A DNA stretch of 64,000 bases, from the NCBI GenBank assembly GCA_039189765.1, contig JBCCYL010000003.1, positions 96,001-160,000 on the forward strand, in the 5' to 3' direction. Of the stretch, positions 1-10,520 are shown piece by piece. The position numbers and the translations under genes are program-made. Positions within the stretch are counted from its first letter, which is position 1; each line of letters begins with the position of its first letter. The stretch comes from Cyanobacteria bacterium P01_F01_bin.150. GTDB lineage: Bacteria > Cyanobacteriota > Cyanobacteriia > CAKZMO01. The notes beneath the pieces were generated by a model. It ran no database searches. It worked only from the letters and a program-made list of their open reading frames with translations, and was not told the DNA's origin.

Positions 1-652
1 TCTTTACCGAAAGTTCTCTGATATGAAGGACCCTGGCATTACTATTGACGGATATGAGATGGTGTGGAATCCAGCGTCGGACTCTTGGATGTTTACCCAT
101 ACTCTTGCTGATTGGTGGAACCGTGAGCAATTGAATCAGACTCAAAAGGAGTACTGGAGCGATTATCACAACCGCCAAGCTCAGGCTGAACGGACAAGAC
201 GCTACTTTGAAGACAACCCTGATCAAAAGACTGTTCTATCTCGAAATGCCCAGAAGCAATGGAATAATCCTGAACTTTTAGAGTGGAGACGACAAGAAAC
301 GAAAAAACAATGGACTCCTGAGTTTCGAGAGAAACGGCGTATGGCGCTTCGTAAAACTTACTATCGTAAAACTTTAGCAGCCTTGAAGCAGATTGAGGTT
401 GAACAAGGATGCTTTGATTTGGGCGCTTATCAAGCCTATCGAGTTCAGACGAAAGATAAGTCTTTGCTGAAGTTTGAGACATTTTGCGATCGCTACTTCG
501 AAGGTAGTGCTGACTTCGCCCAAGAGGCAGTTGCCAACTATAATCACCGAGTGGTGTCTGTGGAACCCATTGCGGAGCGATTTGATGTTTATGACATTGA
601 AGTGCCCCACAGCCATAATTTTGCGTTGGCAAATGGTGTGTTTGTGCATAAC
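1..652 (+). mobile_element. GyrB intein, C-terminal part (ends ...FVHN, followed by the +1 Ser)
   Basis: Intein block F/G motif [23 protein letters not shown]. The His-Asn codons are at 647-652 and Ser AGT at 653-655. Confidence 0.93.
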
Positions 653-1279
653 AGTGCCAAGCAGGGGCGCGATCGCCGTTTCCAAGCAATCCTTCCCCTA
701 CGCGGTAAAATCCTCAATATTGAAAAAACTGACGACTCCAAAATCTACAAAAACAATGAGATCCAGTCATTGATTACCGCGTTGGGCTTGGGAATCAAAG
801 GGGAAGAATTTAATCCGTCCCAGCTCCGGTACCACCGCATTATCATTATGACCGACGCAGACGTAGACGGTGCCCATATTCGCACCCTGCTGCTAACCTT
901 CTTCTATCGCTATCAGCGAGACATTGTGGAGCAGGGCTATGTCTATGTGGCCTGTCCGCCGCTGTATAAGGTAGAACGGGGTCGACAGCACTACTACTGC
1001 TATAGCGACACGGAGCTTAATCAGCTTACCCAGGAGCAGTTTCCGGCTAATGCCAACTACACTATTCAGCGATTTAAGGGCTTGGGCGAGATGATGCCCC
1101 AGCAGCTATGGGACACTACAATGGATCCGGAAAATCGGGCGTTGAAGAAAATTGAAATTGAAGACGCAGTGGAAGCGGATCGGATCTTTACGGTGCTAAT
1201 GGGCGATCGCGTCGCCCCCCGTCGGGAGTTTATTGAGACCTACGGTTCCAAACTAGATCTAACGGATTTAGATATTTAA
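1..1279 (+). CDS. gyrB: DNA gyrase subunit B, 3' part (5' end outside window), containing an intein
   Basis: Frame is open from the window edge ([12 protein letters not shown]...). C-extein has the GyrB TOPRIM motifs [52 protein letters not shown] and [13 protein letters not shown]. Confidence 0.97.
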   Translation, partial: LYRKFSDMKDPGITIDGYEMVWNPASDSWMFTHTLADWWNREQLNQTQKEYWSDYHNRQAQAERTRRYFEDNPDQKTVLSRNAQKQWNNPELLEWRRQETKKQWTPEFREKRRMALRKTYYRKTLAALKQIEVEQGCFDLGAYQAYRVQTKDKSLLKFETFCDRYFEGSADFAQEAVANYNHRVVSVEPIAERFDVYDIEVPHSHNFALANGVFVHNSAKQGRDRRFQAILPLRGKILNIEKTDDSKIYKNNEIQSLITALGLGIKGEEFNPSQLRYHRIIIMTDADVDGAHIRTLLLTFFYRYQRDIVEQGYVYVACPPLYKVERGRQHYYCYSDTELNQLTQEQFPANANYTIQRFKGLGEMMPQQLWDTTMDPENRALKKIEIEDAVEADRIFTVLMGDRVAPRREFIETYGSKLDLTDLDI

Positions 1280-1327
1280 TCCACACTTTCACAGGGTCTC
1301 ATCTTAATCTGAAACAAAATCAATGGT

Positions 1328-1352
1328 TTTAGGGGTGCATTGCACCCCTAAA
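1328..1352. terminator. Hairpin downstream of gyrB
   Basis: tttaggggtgca-t-tgcacccctaaa perfect inverted repeat about 50 nt after the gyrB stop. Confidence 0.55.
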
Positions 1353-1393
1353 ACGAACGTAAAGTTGGTACCCTTTTCATATTTCATATTCCT

Positions 1394-2581
1394 ATGAGGA
1401 TAGAAACAATCCGAATTAAGAATTTTAAGGTTCTCCAGAATCTTGAAATGAATAACCTTCCTCAGCTTTGCGTTATCGTTGGTGCAAACGGTACTGGAAA
1501 ATCGACTTTATTCGATGTATTTGGGTTTATTAAAGATTGTCTCATTCATAACGTACGAAGAGCATTACAGGTGCGAGGAGGGTTTTCCGAAGTTCTTAGC
1601 CGTAATGCTAAGCAACGAAAAATTGAGATTGAGATTCAATTTCGCTTGGAGATTGCAGGGAAAGAACGATTAGTCACCTATATATTATCTATCTGCGAAA
1701 AAGCTCGAAAGATTGTGATCGATCGAGAAATTCTAAGGTATAAACGCGGATCGTATGGTAGTCCGTTTCATTTTCTTGATTTCTCTAATGGTAAGGGATT
1801 TGCCATTACCAATGAGGAAGATTTCTCGAAACCAGATGAAGAACTGCATCGTGAAGAACAGGATTTAGATGCAACCGATATTTTAGCGGTAAAAGGTCTT
1901 GGACAGTTCGATCGCTTTAAGGCGGCCAATGCCTTTCGTAAACTAATTGAAAACTGGCACGTGTCGGATTTTCATATTTCCGCAGCCCGAGGGGCAAAAT
2001 ATGCAGCAGGCTACGAGGAGCATTTATCGGACAGTGGGGATAACCTCCAGCTTGTTGCCCGCAATATTTTTGAAAATCACCCTGATATTTTTGACCAAAT
2101 TATCAACGCCATGAAACATCGGGTCCCTGGAATTGCCGATGTTAAGACTTTGAGTACAGAAGATGGTCGTTTGCTGCTGCAATTTCAAGATGGCTCGTTC
2201 AAAGATCCGTTTATCGATCGTTATGTATCTGATGGCACGATTAAGATGTTTGCCTACTTGGTTTTACTGTACGATCCATCGCCCCATCCCGTTTTGTGTG
2301 TGGAAGAGCTTGAAAATCAACTATACGTCAACTTAATGCCAGAACTGGCTGAGGAATTCCGCAGCTATTCCCATCGCGGCGGGCAGGTATTTGTTTCGAC
2401 TCATTCTCCTGATTTTCTCAATGCTACCCGGTTAGAAGAAGTATTTTGGCTTCAGAAACGCAACGGTTATTCACAAGTTTTCCGAGCCAAAGATAACCAT
2501 CAATTGGCTGCATTTATGGCAGAGGGCGATCAAATGGGTTATTTGTGGAAACAAGGATTCTTTGAAGGAATTGATCCATAA
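1394..2581 (+). CDS. ABC/AAA_21-type ATPase (AbiEii/RecF-like)
   Basis: N-terminal IRIKNFK, Walker A GANGTGKST, signature VSDGT, Walker B LCVEELEN, H-loop STHSP. Confidence 0.9.
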   Translation: MRIETIRIKNFKVLQNLEMNNLPQLCVIVGANGTGKSTLFDVFGFIKDCLIHNVRRALQVRGGFSEVLSRNAKQRKIEIEIQFRLEIAGKERLVTYILSICEKARKIVIDREILRYKRGSYGSPFHFLDFSNGKGFAITNEEDFSKPDEELHREEQDLDATDILAVKGLGQFDRFKAANAFRKLIENWHVSDFHISAARGAKYAAGYEEHLSDSGDNLQLVARNIFENHPDIFDQIINAMKHRVPGIADVKTLSTEDGRLLLQFQDGSFKDPFIDRYVSDGTIKMFAYLVLLYDPSPHPVLCVEELENQLYVNLMPELAEEFRSYSHRGGQVFVSTHSPDFLNATRLEEVFWLQKRNGYSQVFRAKDNHQLAAFMAEGDQMGYLWKQGFFEGIDP

Positions 2582-3141
2582 TGTTCGAGCTAGTTTTTTT
2601 TGTGGAGGGAAGAAGTGAGAAGGTGATGCTGGAGGCATTCTTACCCACAATCCTACCGCCTCATATCTCCCCTCGCTGTGTCCCGTTTGAAGGAAAAAAT
2701 GATTTGCTCAGACGCCTGCCTACTAAGTTACGGGCATGGCAAAATCCACAGTCTAAGTTTATTATTCTACGCGATCAAGATAGTGGCGATTGTCTCAAAA
2801 TTAAAGAAAAAATCCTTAATATTTGTCGTAATGAGAACAAAAATGATGCGGTTGTTCGAATCGCTTGTCGAGAGTTAGAGAGTTGGTCCTTGGGAGATCT
2901 TGTAGCGGTTGAAGAAGGACTACAAATATCTGGCTTAGTGCGTCATCAAAACAAGAAGAAATTTCGTAATCCAGATACATTAGACAATGCTGCCCAAGAG
3001 CTGGGAAAACTGACGAATCAAAAATATCAAAAAGTGTCAGGTTCTCGTGCTATTGGTCCACATCTCAATGTGAAACGCAATCGTTCCCATAGTTTTCGAG
3101 TATTTGTAGAAGGCGTGATGCGGATTGTTAATTCTGCATAA
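2581..3141 (+). CDS. DUF4276-like TOPRIM-fold protein, partner of the upstream ATPase
   Basis: FFVEGxSE, RDQD (DxD) and ELESW motifs. The start overlaps the ATPase stop (TAATG), indicating translational coupling. Confidence 0.75.
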   Translation: MFELVFFVEGRSEKVMLEAFLPTILPPHISPRCVPFEGKNDLLRRLPTKLRAWQNPQSKFIILRDQDSGDCLKIKEKILNICRNENKNDAVVRIACRELESWSLGDLVAVEEGLQISGLVRHQNKKKFRNPDTLDNAAQELGKLTNQKYQKVSGSRAIGPHLNVKRNRSHSFRVFVEGVMRIVNSA

Positions 3142-3274
3142 TTGGGTTCCCACCGTCAAGTTAATCTCGCATGATTTACATCAGATGCGGAACATTACCG
3201 GGGTTGGGTAACGTCTGGCAATAAGGGTGACGTTCATATCAAGAGAAATCCCTTTGCGCTTGCAGGACACTTCG

Positions 3275-4024
3275 ATGAAAACCGAGCCTAATTCCGTTGC
3301 TATCCCGTTACCCCAAAATGTATCTCGACAATCTGTTGCTGGGCAGCGGCAGTTTAGGCGATTAATAACGCCTCAGAGCATGATTGCTCTGGCAACTCTA
3401 ACCTTTAGTGCTGTAAGTTTAGGGCATCTGCATAAAAGCCATCTGCTGTCCGGATCTAGTCTGCAAACATTTATCCAAGATGCGGGAGCGATCGCCCCCA
3501 TTCTGTTCATCCTGTTAATGGCATTAACGGTGGTGGTCAGTAGCTTACCGGGTTTGCCGCTGGTCTGTGTGGCTGGCGCGATGTGGGGTGGAGTTTGGGG
3601 CGGAATCTATAGTGTGGTCGGGGGATTTCTGGGTAGTTTGATTGCTTATGGATTGGGGCGATCGCTGGGCAATTCTGCTATCAAAGCTATCACGGGTAAA
3701 ACCATCACTTTTACAACCCATCGCAGCCATGCCGTCATTGGAGGTCTAATTTTTCTTACCCGTCTAGTGCCGGTATTTCCTTTTGACGTCATTAGCTATG
3801 GAGCTGGACTGACGCGATTACCATTAATGATTTACGCAAGTACAACGCTTTTGGGAATGGCCCCTCCCACATTTGCCATTGCGTTTCTGGGCAAATCTCC
3901 CAGTACTGCTCTTCCCGCTAGCCCCCTAATGTGGGTAATGATCGCTGGGCTATGTGTGATAATGCCTCTGGCAATATGGCAATACAACTGGTTAGGGTTA
4001 CGGTCTATGATGCGAATCGATTAG
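3275..4024 (+). CDS. TVP38/TMEM64 (VTT/DedA-superfamily) membrane protein
   Basis: Hydrophobic helices and the motif RLVPVFPFDVISYGAGLT. Start ATG 3275 chosen over GTG 3227. Confidence 0.88.
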   Translation: MKTEPNSVAIPLPQNVSRQSVAGQRQFRRLITPQSMIALATLTFSAVSLGHLHKSHLLSGSSLQTFIQDAGAIAPILFILLMALTVVVSSLPGLPLVCVAGAMWGGVWGGIYSVVGGFLGSLIAYGLGRSLGNSAIKAITGKTITFTTHRSHAVIGGLIFLTRLVPVFPFDVISYGAGLTRLPLMIYASTTLLGMAPPTFAIAFLGKSPSTALPASPLMWVMIAGLCVIMPLAIWQYNWLGLRSMMRID

Positions 4025-4154
4025 ACGGAAGGAAAAAATCCTTACGGTTTAAGAGTAAGAGTAAAACTTTGAGAGAGATGTGAGGCCTGAGTAAAACGCG
4101 CTAAACTTAACCTGAAGCACCCTAGCTATGAAAGACATTGCACAATCTCAGTCT

Positions 4155-5597
4155 CTAATCCATCTTGCGATCGGACCATTCCCCTCTAAGGGTCTTAAGG
4201 GCTGCGATCGCATGCAGCTTTACCCTCGCATCTTCATCCTGACTGAGCTGCACTAGCGTGGCTTCCGCTTGGGGTTGTCTGAGCTGCCCCAAGCTCATCG
4301 CAATAGACTGTTTAATAATGACTGACTGTCGGGTAACCCCATGATTATTCAATAAATCTAACAGAATAAACGTGGCCTGCTCATAAAGTTGAGGCGACTC
4401 AACTCGCCCTAACATCACCGCAATTTCTTGATAAATGGATGCTTTTGGGTGATAGTCATGTAAATATGAGCTAAGGATATTTAGCCCTTCCTCAGTATTT
4501 GTCCAAATTAGAGAACGAATGACATCGGGCTTAATCACCGTCGGAAAATCCTCAGCCGTCAGTGCGCTACATAACAATGTGGCTGACTCAACCATCTGAA
4601 TCCGACCAAGGGCGATCGCTGTTTGCCGCCTAACCTCCATATCCAAATCCCAAAGCCGAGGCTCAAGGCTCTTGAGAATAGTAGGAATAATAGATGCATC
4701 GCATACTTTCGCCTGTATGCCCAGACCCGTAACCGCTGCTCGACGCACGATTGCCGCAACATCATCTGACGCTATAACTAGGAGATCGGTAACCTGGGAT
4801 TGATGAGCATGGCTAAGGGCTTCAATCACGACTGCGCGCACGGATGCATTGACATCTTGGGTAATGGTCATCAAGATGTCGCGCAGTGCCATATTGGGCT
4901 CCTCAGCAAATATGCGGGCCAATGCTTGAGTTGCTACTAATTTGGTTGCATCATAATGTAACAATTTACTGAGAGGCGCGATCGCTCCCTTTCCTTGCTG
5001 TGCTAGACCCATCACCGCTGCTGTAACGACGTCCTCGCTAGGAGACGTTTGCAGGATTTGAATCAGGGCAGTAATGGCATCTGGATGCTGGATATTTCCC
5101 AAAATCCGCGCGATAAACCACAATAAATCCCAGTCTTCGTCGTCTTCATCATTGTTTGGGACCGACAGGATAGACGGAGACGTGTTGGCCTCAAAGGATG
5201 AAAGGTTGCTTGAAGAGATATTGGAGCGATCGCCATTTTCTGCTTCTCCCTGCTCTGCTTCCTGCGCTGAAGAGCTTAGATTTTCGGCTTTAAACTGGTT
5301 CAAAAGGGTAATCAGTGGTGCAATTGAATCTGGACCAAACCTCTTAATGAGCGATACCAGTTCCCAACGAGTTTGAAAATCTACCCAAGGCATTGCCTGA
5401 ACAGCAAGCTGAATTATTGCCATTCGATCAGATACTAGGCAGTCATCAAAGGATTTCTTGGCCCCATTTGCCTGGACGGAAGGGTTGGCACGCTTGCTTT
5501 TAACTTTGCCTAAAAATTTTCGAATATCTAGAATTAGAGTCGCCCAGTCATGACGTTCGAAGGCGTTGCGAGCATGGGTCAATAAATTATCAGACAT
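4155..5597 (-). CDS. HEAT-repeat (PBS lyase-like) protein
   Basis: Repeated D-x-x-VR-x-x-A-x-x-ALG units (DVNASVRAVVIEALS, DMEVRRQTAIALG, DEDARVKLHAIAAL). Confidence 0.85.
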   Translation of the reverse strand: MSDNLLTHARNAFERHDWATLILDIRKFLGKVKSKRANPSVQANGAKKSFDDCLVSDRMAIIQLAVQAMPWVDFQTRWELVSLIKRFGPDSIAPLITLLNQFKAENLSSSAQEAEQGEAENGDRSNISSSNLSSFEANTSPSILSVPNNDEDDEDWDLLWFIARILGNIQHPDAITALIQILQTSPSEDVVTAAVMGLAQQGKGAIAPLSKLLHYDATKLVATQALARIFAEEPNMALRDILMTITQDVNASVRAVVIEALSHAHQSQVTDLLVIASDDVAAIVRRAAVTGLGIQAKVCDASIIPTILKSLEPRLWDLDMEVRRQTAIALGRIQMVESATLLCSALTAEDFPTVIKPDVIRSLIWTNTEEGLNILSSYLHDYHPKASIYQEIAVMLGRVESPQLYEQATFILLDLLNNHGVTRQSVIIKQSIAMSLGQLRQPQAEATLVQLSQDEDARVKLHAIAALKTLRGEWSDRKMD

Positions 5598-5841
5598 CAA
5601 GGACGACTCATATACATAAGGTCACTAATTACGTTTAGGCAGTGGTAAATCGAGACTATTACCATGAAGGCGGATGATAGTAACGAATTGCCTTTCTCAT
5701 TTTGCTAAAGAACATCTAGTCATTGTGCTTTGGACATCCTTGCTGTTGCAATCATTGCTAAGTGCGATCTCTTCCCTATCCATACCTATGATACTAATAG
5801 TATCAAAGGAGAAAGCTGATATATTTTCATCTCCCTATCAC

Positions 5842-7263
5842 TTATTCTGCGGTACGTTCATCTGGCAACAATCCAACTCCGTCAGCTTCATCCAATCCAT
5901 CATCAGTTATGGAATCATTAGATGAAAATTCTTCCACTACCTCCACTAGGTCTGTTTGCTCTGTATCTTCTGAAACTAGGCTATCTGCGACTTCAGAATG
6001 TTCCAGTGCTAATGAATCTGTATCACCTATCTCTTCAATCATCTCATTGACAGCAGCCTTGCTATCCATTTCTTCAATCATTTCATCGACAGGATCTAGA
6101 GTATCGATATTGTCATTTCGGTGACTAGATTCATCTACTCTGTTAGCCTCTTCTCTAGCCTCAATCTCGTCTAAAGATGGCTCAATCCCAACCTCTCCTG
6201 TGACAGTCTCCAGGCTACCATCGTCTATACTGGCGTTCTTAGAATCTTTTGGAGGCTCATTGGTATTAGACGTATCGCGGCGACTTACTCCATTATCTTC
6301 AGGCTCCTCAATATCCTCAGATTCGTTACTATCGATAGATGGTGGCATATAGTTAGGGTCAATTAAGGCCCCAGCCTCTTCCAAGGTCAGAGCATCTCGC
6401 ATAAGTAAGGAAAGAGTATCATTCCCGCCCGGTTCATACTGGATGATACGTGCTGTATTGTTAAATAAACCCTCGATAGGCTGCTGGTTATCATCTAGCA
6501 ACTCTAGCTGGACCCAATTTTTACCTGGCTTAAATCCTTGGAGATAAATAGGCTCCCATCGCTTAAAAATGAATGGCTCCCCGTTAACCGTGGCACGCAC
6601 TTGCCAATTCTGAGTGATGTTATCTTGGGCCTCTTCAATAGCTTGGCCTAGTGATTCTTGAATAGACGTTTTTGAGTTGAAAAAGTAGTCTAGCAGAATA
6701 GGTTCTGCTCCATAAGTCCCCGTTGGTTGACCGTAGGCCAGCAAAGGTAAATCGTCAGGTGGTACCGTGAGAGGAGTTTTGGTGAAAACGTGGAAAATGG
6801 CTTGGGCATAAGCCTCTGGATTTTTAAAGCTTTCATTCCAAGCTGATGAAGCGATCGCCCGTATCATATGGGTCCCTGGCGTCAGACCTTTCAGCTTTAA
6901 AGGTTCTGTCGTGTCATACACCATCCCATAAAACTGATTATCCAACAGGATGATGAGATGAGGCCCTAGACCAAGCGAATCATCTCTGTATAATTCCAAG
7001 TCACTGGTTTGAAATTTCACAGATACCTCATCGCTGTCAATAATGGCATCAGCCTGCGGTGAAGCAATTGCAACTTTTGGCTTAGCATCGTTGATAGTTC
7101 TCAACATCTGCACGACTGTAGGGGGGGAAACTTCCGAGATACGTTTAATAATGCGGGAGGAAGCCTCTATCGATGGGGCCGCACTACTGCATGCTGTCAT
7201 CCCCAGCACTAGCGCAAGTAAACACGCGATCGCTCCTTTAAATCTTTGCCTCTTATCAAGCAT
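5842..7263 (-). CDS. Conserved cyanobacterial hypothetical protein, probable lipoprotein with acidic C-terminal tail
   Basis: Lipobox-like LVLGMTAC, then GLGPHL...LDN and PGTHxIRA motifs and a D/E-rich disordered tail. Start uncertain. Confidence 0.7.
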   Translation of the reverse strand: MLDKRQRFKGAIACLLALVLGMTACSSAAPSIEASSRIIKRISEVSPPTVVQMLRTINDAKPKVAIASPQADAIIDSDEVSVKFQTSDLELYRDDSLGLGPHLIILLDNQFYGMVYDTTEPLKLKGLTPGTHMIRAIASSAWNESFKNPEAYAQAIFHVFTKTPLTVPPDDLPLLAYGQPTGTYGAEPILLDYFFNSKTSIQESLGQAIEEAQDNITQNWQVRATVNGEPFIFKRWEPIYLQGFKPGKNWVQLELLDDNQQPIEGLFNNTARIIQYEPGGNDTLSLLMRDALTLEEAGALIDPNYMPPSIDSNESEDIEEPEDNGVSRRDTSNTNEPPKDSKNASIDDGSLETVTGEVGIEPSLDEIEAREEANRVDESSHRNDNIDTLDPVDEMIEEMDSKAAVNEMIEEIGDTDSLALEHSEVADSLVSEDTEQTDLVEVVEEFSSNDSITDDGLDEADGVGLLPDERTAE

Positions 7264-7827
7264 CAATCTCACTAACAGTGACAATAATGCTTTGAAGCAC
7301 TTCCATCCTCGAACAGTTTGCAACACAGTGGTGTAGTCCTCCACTTAACCGGGCAGGCATCTAGGTTTGACACACTTGTCAACCTACCAGTACTTGGCCC
7401 TTTTCAGCAATTCGGATAAGACTAAAATTCATATTTTCGAGGGATACAATACGTTCAAAATGCGAGAAACACGTCGTGTTTCTTAGGAGAAACCTTTTGC
7501 TTGCGATCGCTCTACCTTAATGTGCTTAGTTTAGATAAATTCATAATTTTACAAGAGAACCATGCCGAAAAGCGCATTCTTAATGAATGCAGCTATAGAT
7601 TTTCCCTATAGACATCCTATTTTATTATGATTGATAATTTTTCCTATTTTGAGACTGCACATGTTTGTTTCGTAGAAATGTGGCTTTCATGGCTTACTAA
7701 GACTTACAGCTTGAGAGGTTGCCTTCAGCCCTCAAACCACTATTAGGTATATCTTAAAAGCATCAGACTCTTCCCTGAAAATGGTGTACTTTTATAACTT
7801 TATGTCTACGATGAACGGCTGAGCAGT

Positions 7828-7846
7828 ATTGAGAATTAGTCGCAAT
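7828..7846. promoter_or_regulatory. Fur-box-like 9-1-9 inverted repeat upstream of psaA
   Basis: ATTGAGAAT-T-AGTCGCAAT, two mismatches from the perfect palindrome ATTGAGAATnATTCTCAAT. Confidence 0.4.
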
Positions 7847-7957
7847 CCTATGAAGATCAAGCCTTTCAGAGTTTGAATTATTGTTAAATCGCTTCAAAAT
7901 CATATAAAATACAGAACTATAATGCACTCAATGCCAAACCTCTTGCACTGTTCAATC

Positions 7958-7999
7958 GTATCTTTTGATACAAAATGGAGCAGTTAGTGAGAATAGTGT
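7958..7999 (+). promoter_or_regulatory. NtcA-type site with class II promoter spacing
   Basis: GTA-tcttttga-TAC(A) at 7958-7971, then 22 nt, then TAGTGT (TAN3T) at 7994-7999. Confidence 0.55.
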
Positions 8000-8229
8000 T
8001 TGTTCTCTTGCTGCTCAAGGTCTGCATCTGCTTTCTGAAGCTAGATGCGATAGATTGAAACTTGTATCCGTTTAAGAAATCTTAAATAGGATTTATTGCC
8101 GTTACTTTTCGGTATATTTACATCCCTCGGCATTTAGCCGAAGTTTCTTTCGATACTTGTTCTATAGCAGGACACTGCACGAAGGATTGGATGAATTCGT
8201 TCCTGTCTGAAAGAGAGGAGAGTCTCTAA

Positions 8230-10494
8230 ATGACAACTACCCCACGGGAGCGAAAGGCGGAGGTAATAGTCGATAAGGATCCAGTACCTACTTCGTTTGA
8301 GAAGTGGGCAAAGCCGGGTCATTTCGATAGGAACCTTGCGAAGGGGCCAAAAACAACCACTTGGATTTGGAATCTTCACGCTGACGCTCACGATTTCGAT
8401 AGTCATACTAGCGATTTAGAAGATATTTCGCGAAAAATCTTTAGCGCTCACTTCGGCCACTTGGCAGTTGTGTTCGTTTGGCTGAGCGGCATGTATTTTC
8501 ATGGCGCTCGCTTTTCAAATTATGAGGCCTGGCTTACAGATCCACTGAGTATTAAGCCCAGTGCACAGGTTGTGTGGCCTATTGTGGGTCAGGAAATCTT
8601 GAATGGTGATGTCGGTGGTGGGTTCCACGGAATTCAGATTACTACTGGCTTTTTCCAGCTTTGGAGAGCATCTGGTATCACCAATTCTACTCAGCTATAT
8701 GCAACAGCGATTGGTGGCTTGGTAATGGCTGGCTTGATGCTGTTTGCAGGATGGTTCCATTATCACAAGAGGGCTCCTAAGCTTGAGTGGTTCCAAAATA
8801 CTGAGTCTATGTTGAATCACCATTTGGCAGGTCTGCTTGGTTTAGGTTCTCTAAGCTGGGCTGGTCACCAGATTCACGTATCTTTACCCGTTAATAAGCT
8901 GTTGGATGCGGGTGTCGCGCCTAGTGATATTCCTTTGCCTCATGAGTTTCTTTTACATAGAAGCTTGATGGCTGATTTATATCCCAGCTTTGCGAAGGGA
9001 TTAACCCCGTTCTTTACTTTGAATTGGGGAGTCTACTCTGACTTCCTGACTTTTAAAGGGGGATTAAATCCTACTACAGGTGGGTTATGGCTAAGTGATA
9101 CGGCTCATCATCACCTTGCTATTGCTGTTCTGTTCCTCATTGCTGGTCACATGTACCGCACAAACTGGGGGATCGGGCATAGCATCAAAGAAATTTTGGA
9201 AGGGCAGAAAGGTGATAAGATTCTTTTCCCTGGAAAGGGAGGCCATGACGGTCTTTATGAGATCTTAACGACTTCTTGGCATGCACAACTGGCGTTGAAC
9301 CTTGCGTTGCTTGGTTCTCTGACCATAATTGTGGCTCAGCATATGTATGCAATGCCGCCCTATCCTTATTTGGCTACTGATTATCCCACCATGCTGTGCT
9401 TGTTCACTCATCACATGTGGATTGGTGCATTTTTAATCTGTGGTGCGGGTGCTCACGGAGCAATCTTTATGGTTCGTGACTACGACCCTGCTCAGAATGT
9501 GGATAATGTCTTAGACAGAGTATTGCGTTCGCGCGATGCGATTATTTCCCATTTGAACTGGGTTTGTATTTTCCTCGGCACCCATAGCTTTGGTCTATAC
9601 GTGCACAACGACACCATGCGTGCATTGGGTCGTCCTCAGGACATGTTTTCTGATACGGCGATTCAGTTACAGCCAGTATTTGCTCAGTGGATTCAAAGTA
9701 TCCACAACGTAGCGCCTCTTGGTACAGCTCCAAACGCATTGTCGTCTGTTAGCCAGGTCTTTAATGGTGACGTAGTTGCCGTCGGTGGTAAGGTCGCCAT
9801 GATGGGTATGCCTTTGGGCACAGCCGATTTCATGGTTCACCACATTCATGCCTTCACGATTCACGTTACTGTTTTGATCTTGCTCAAGGGTGTACTTTAT
9901 GCGCGCAGTTCTCGTCTGATTCCTGATAAGGGTCAGATTGGATTCCGCTTCCCTTGCGACGGTCCTGGACGAGGTGGTACTTGTCAGGTATCCGGTTGGG
10001 ACCATGTGTTCCTAGGCTTGTTCTGGATGTACAACTCTATTTCGGTCGTAATTTTCAACTTTAGTTGGAAAATGCAATCGGACATTTGGGGCACTGTTAA
10101 TCCGGATGGATCTATTGCGCACATTACTGCTGGTAACTTTGCTCAAAGCTCAATTACCATCAACGGTTGGTTGCGTGATTTCTTGTGGTCCCAAGCTGCA
10201 AACGTTATCAACTCATACGGATCTCCATTGTCTGCCTACGGCATCATGTTCCTTGGTGGTCACTTTGTATGGGCCTTCAGTCTTATGTTCCTGTTCAGTG
10301 GTCGCGGCTACTGGCAAGAGCTGATTGAATCTATTGTTTGGGCGCATAACAAGTTGAGACTCACGCCTGCTATACAGCCCCGTGCAATGAGTATTACTCA
10401 GGGCCGTGCGGCAGGATTAGCACACTATCTCCTCGGAGGGATTGTGGTGACGTGGTCATTCTTTATATGCCGAATAATTGCAGTTTCTGGATGA
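8230..10494 (+). CDS. psaA: Photosystem I P700 apoprotein A1
   Basis: FX motif [31 protein letters not shown]; 754 aa; GAGGAG RBS. Confidence 0.99.
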   Translation: MTTTPRERKAEVIVDKDPVPTSFEKWAKPGHFDRNLAKGPKTTTWIWNLHADAHDFDSHTSDLEDISRKIFSAHFGHLAVVFVWLSGMYFHGARFSNYEAWLTDPLSIKPSAQVVWPIVGQEILNGDVGGGFHGIQITTGFFQLWRASGITNSTQLYATAIGGLVMAGLMLFAGWFHYHKRAPKLEWFQNTESMLNHHLAGLLGLGSLSWAGHQIHVSLPVNKLLDAGVAPSDIPLPHEFLLHRSLMADLYPSFAKGLTPFFTLNWGVYSDFLTFKGGLNPTTGGLWLSDTAHHHLAIAVLFLIAGHMYRTNWGIGHSIKEILEGQKGDKILFPGKGGHDGLYEILTTSWHAQLALNLALLGSLTIIVAQHMYAMPPYPYLATDYPTMLCLFTHHMWIGAFLICGAGAHGAIFMVRDYDPAQNVDNVLDRVLRSRDAIISHLNWVCIFLGTHSFGLYVHNDTMRALGRPQDMFSDTAIQLQPVFAQWIQSIHNVAPLGTAPNALSSVSQVFNGDVVAVGGKVAMMGMPLGTADFMVHHIHAFTIHVTVLILLKGVLYARSSRLIPDKGQIGFRFPCDGPGRGGTCQVSGWDHVFLGLFWMYNSISVVIFNFSWKMQSDIWGTVNPDGSIAHITAGNFAQSSITINGWLRDFLWSQAANVINSYGSPLSAYGIMFLGGHFVWAFSLMFLFSGRGYWQELIESIVWAHNKLRLTPAIQPRAMSITQGRAAGLAHYLLGGIVVTWSFFICRIIAVSG

Positions 10495-10520
10495 GCCTGA
10501 CGAGGACCTAATTAAGACTT

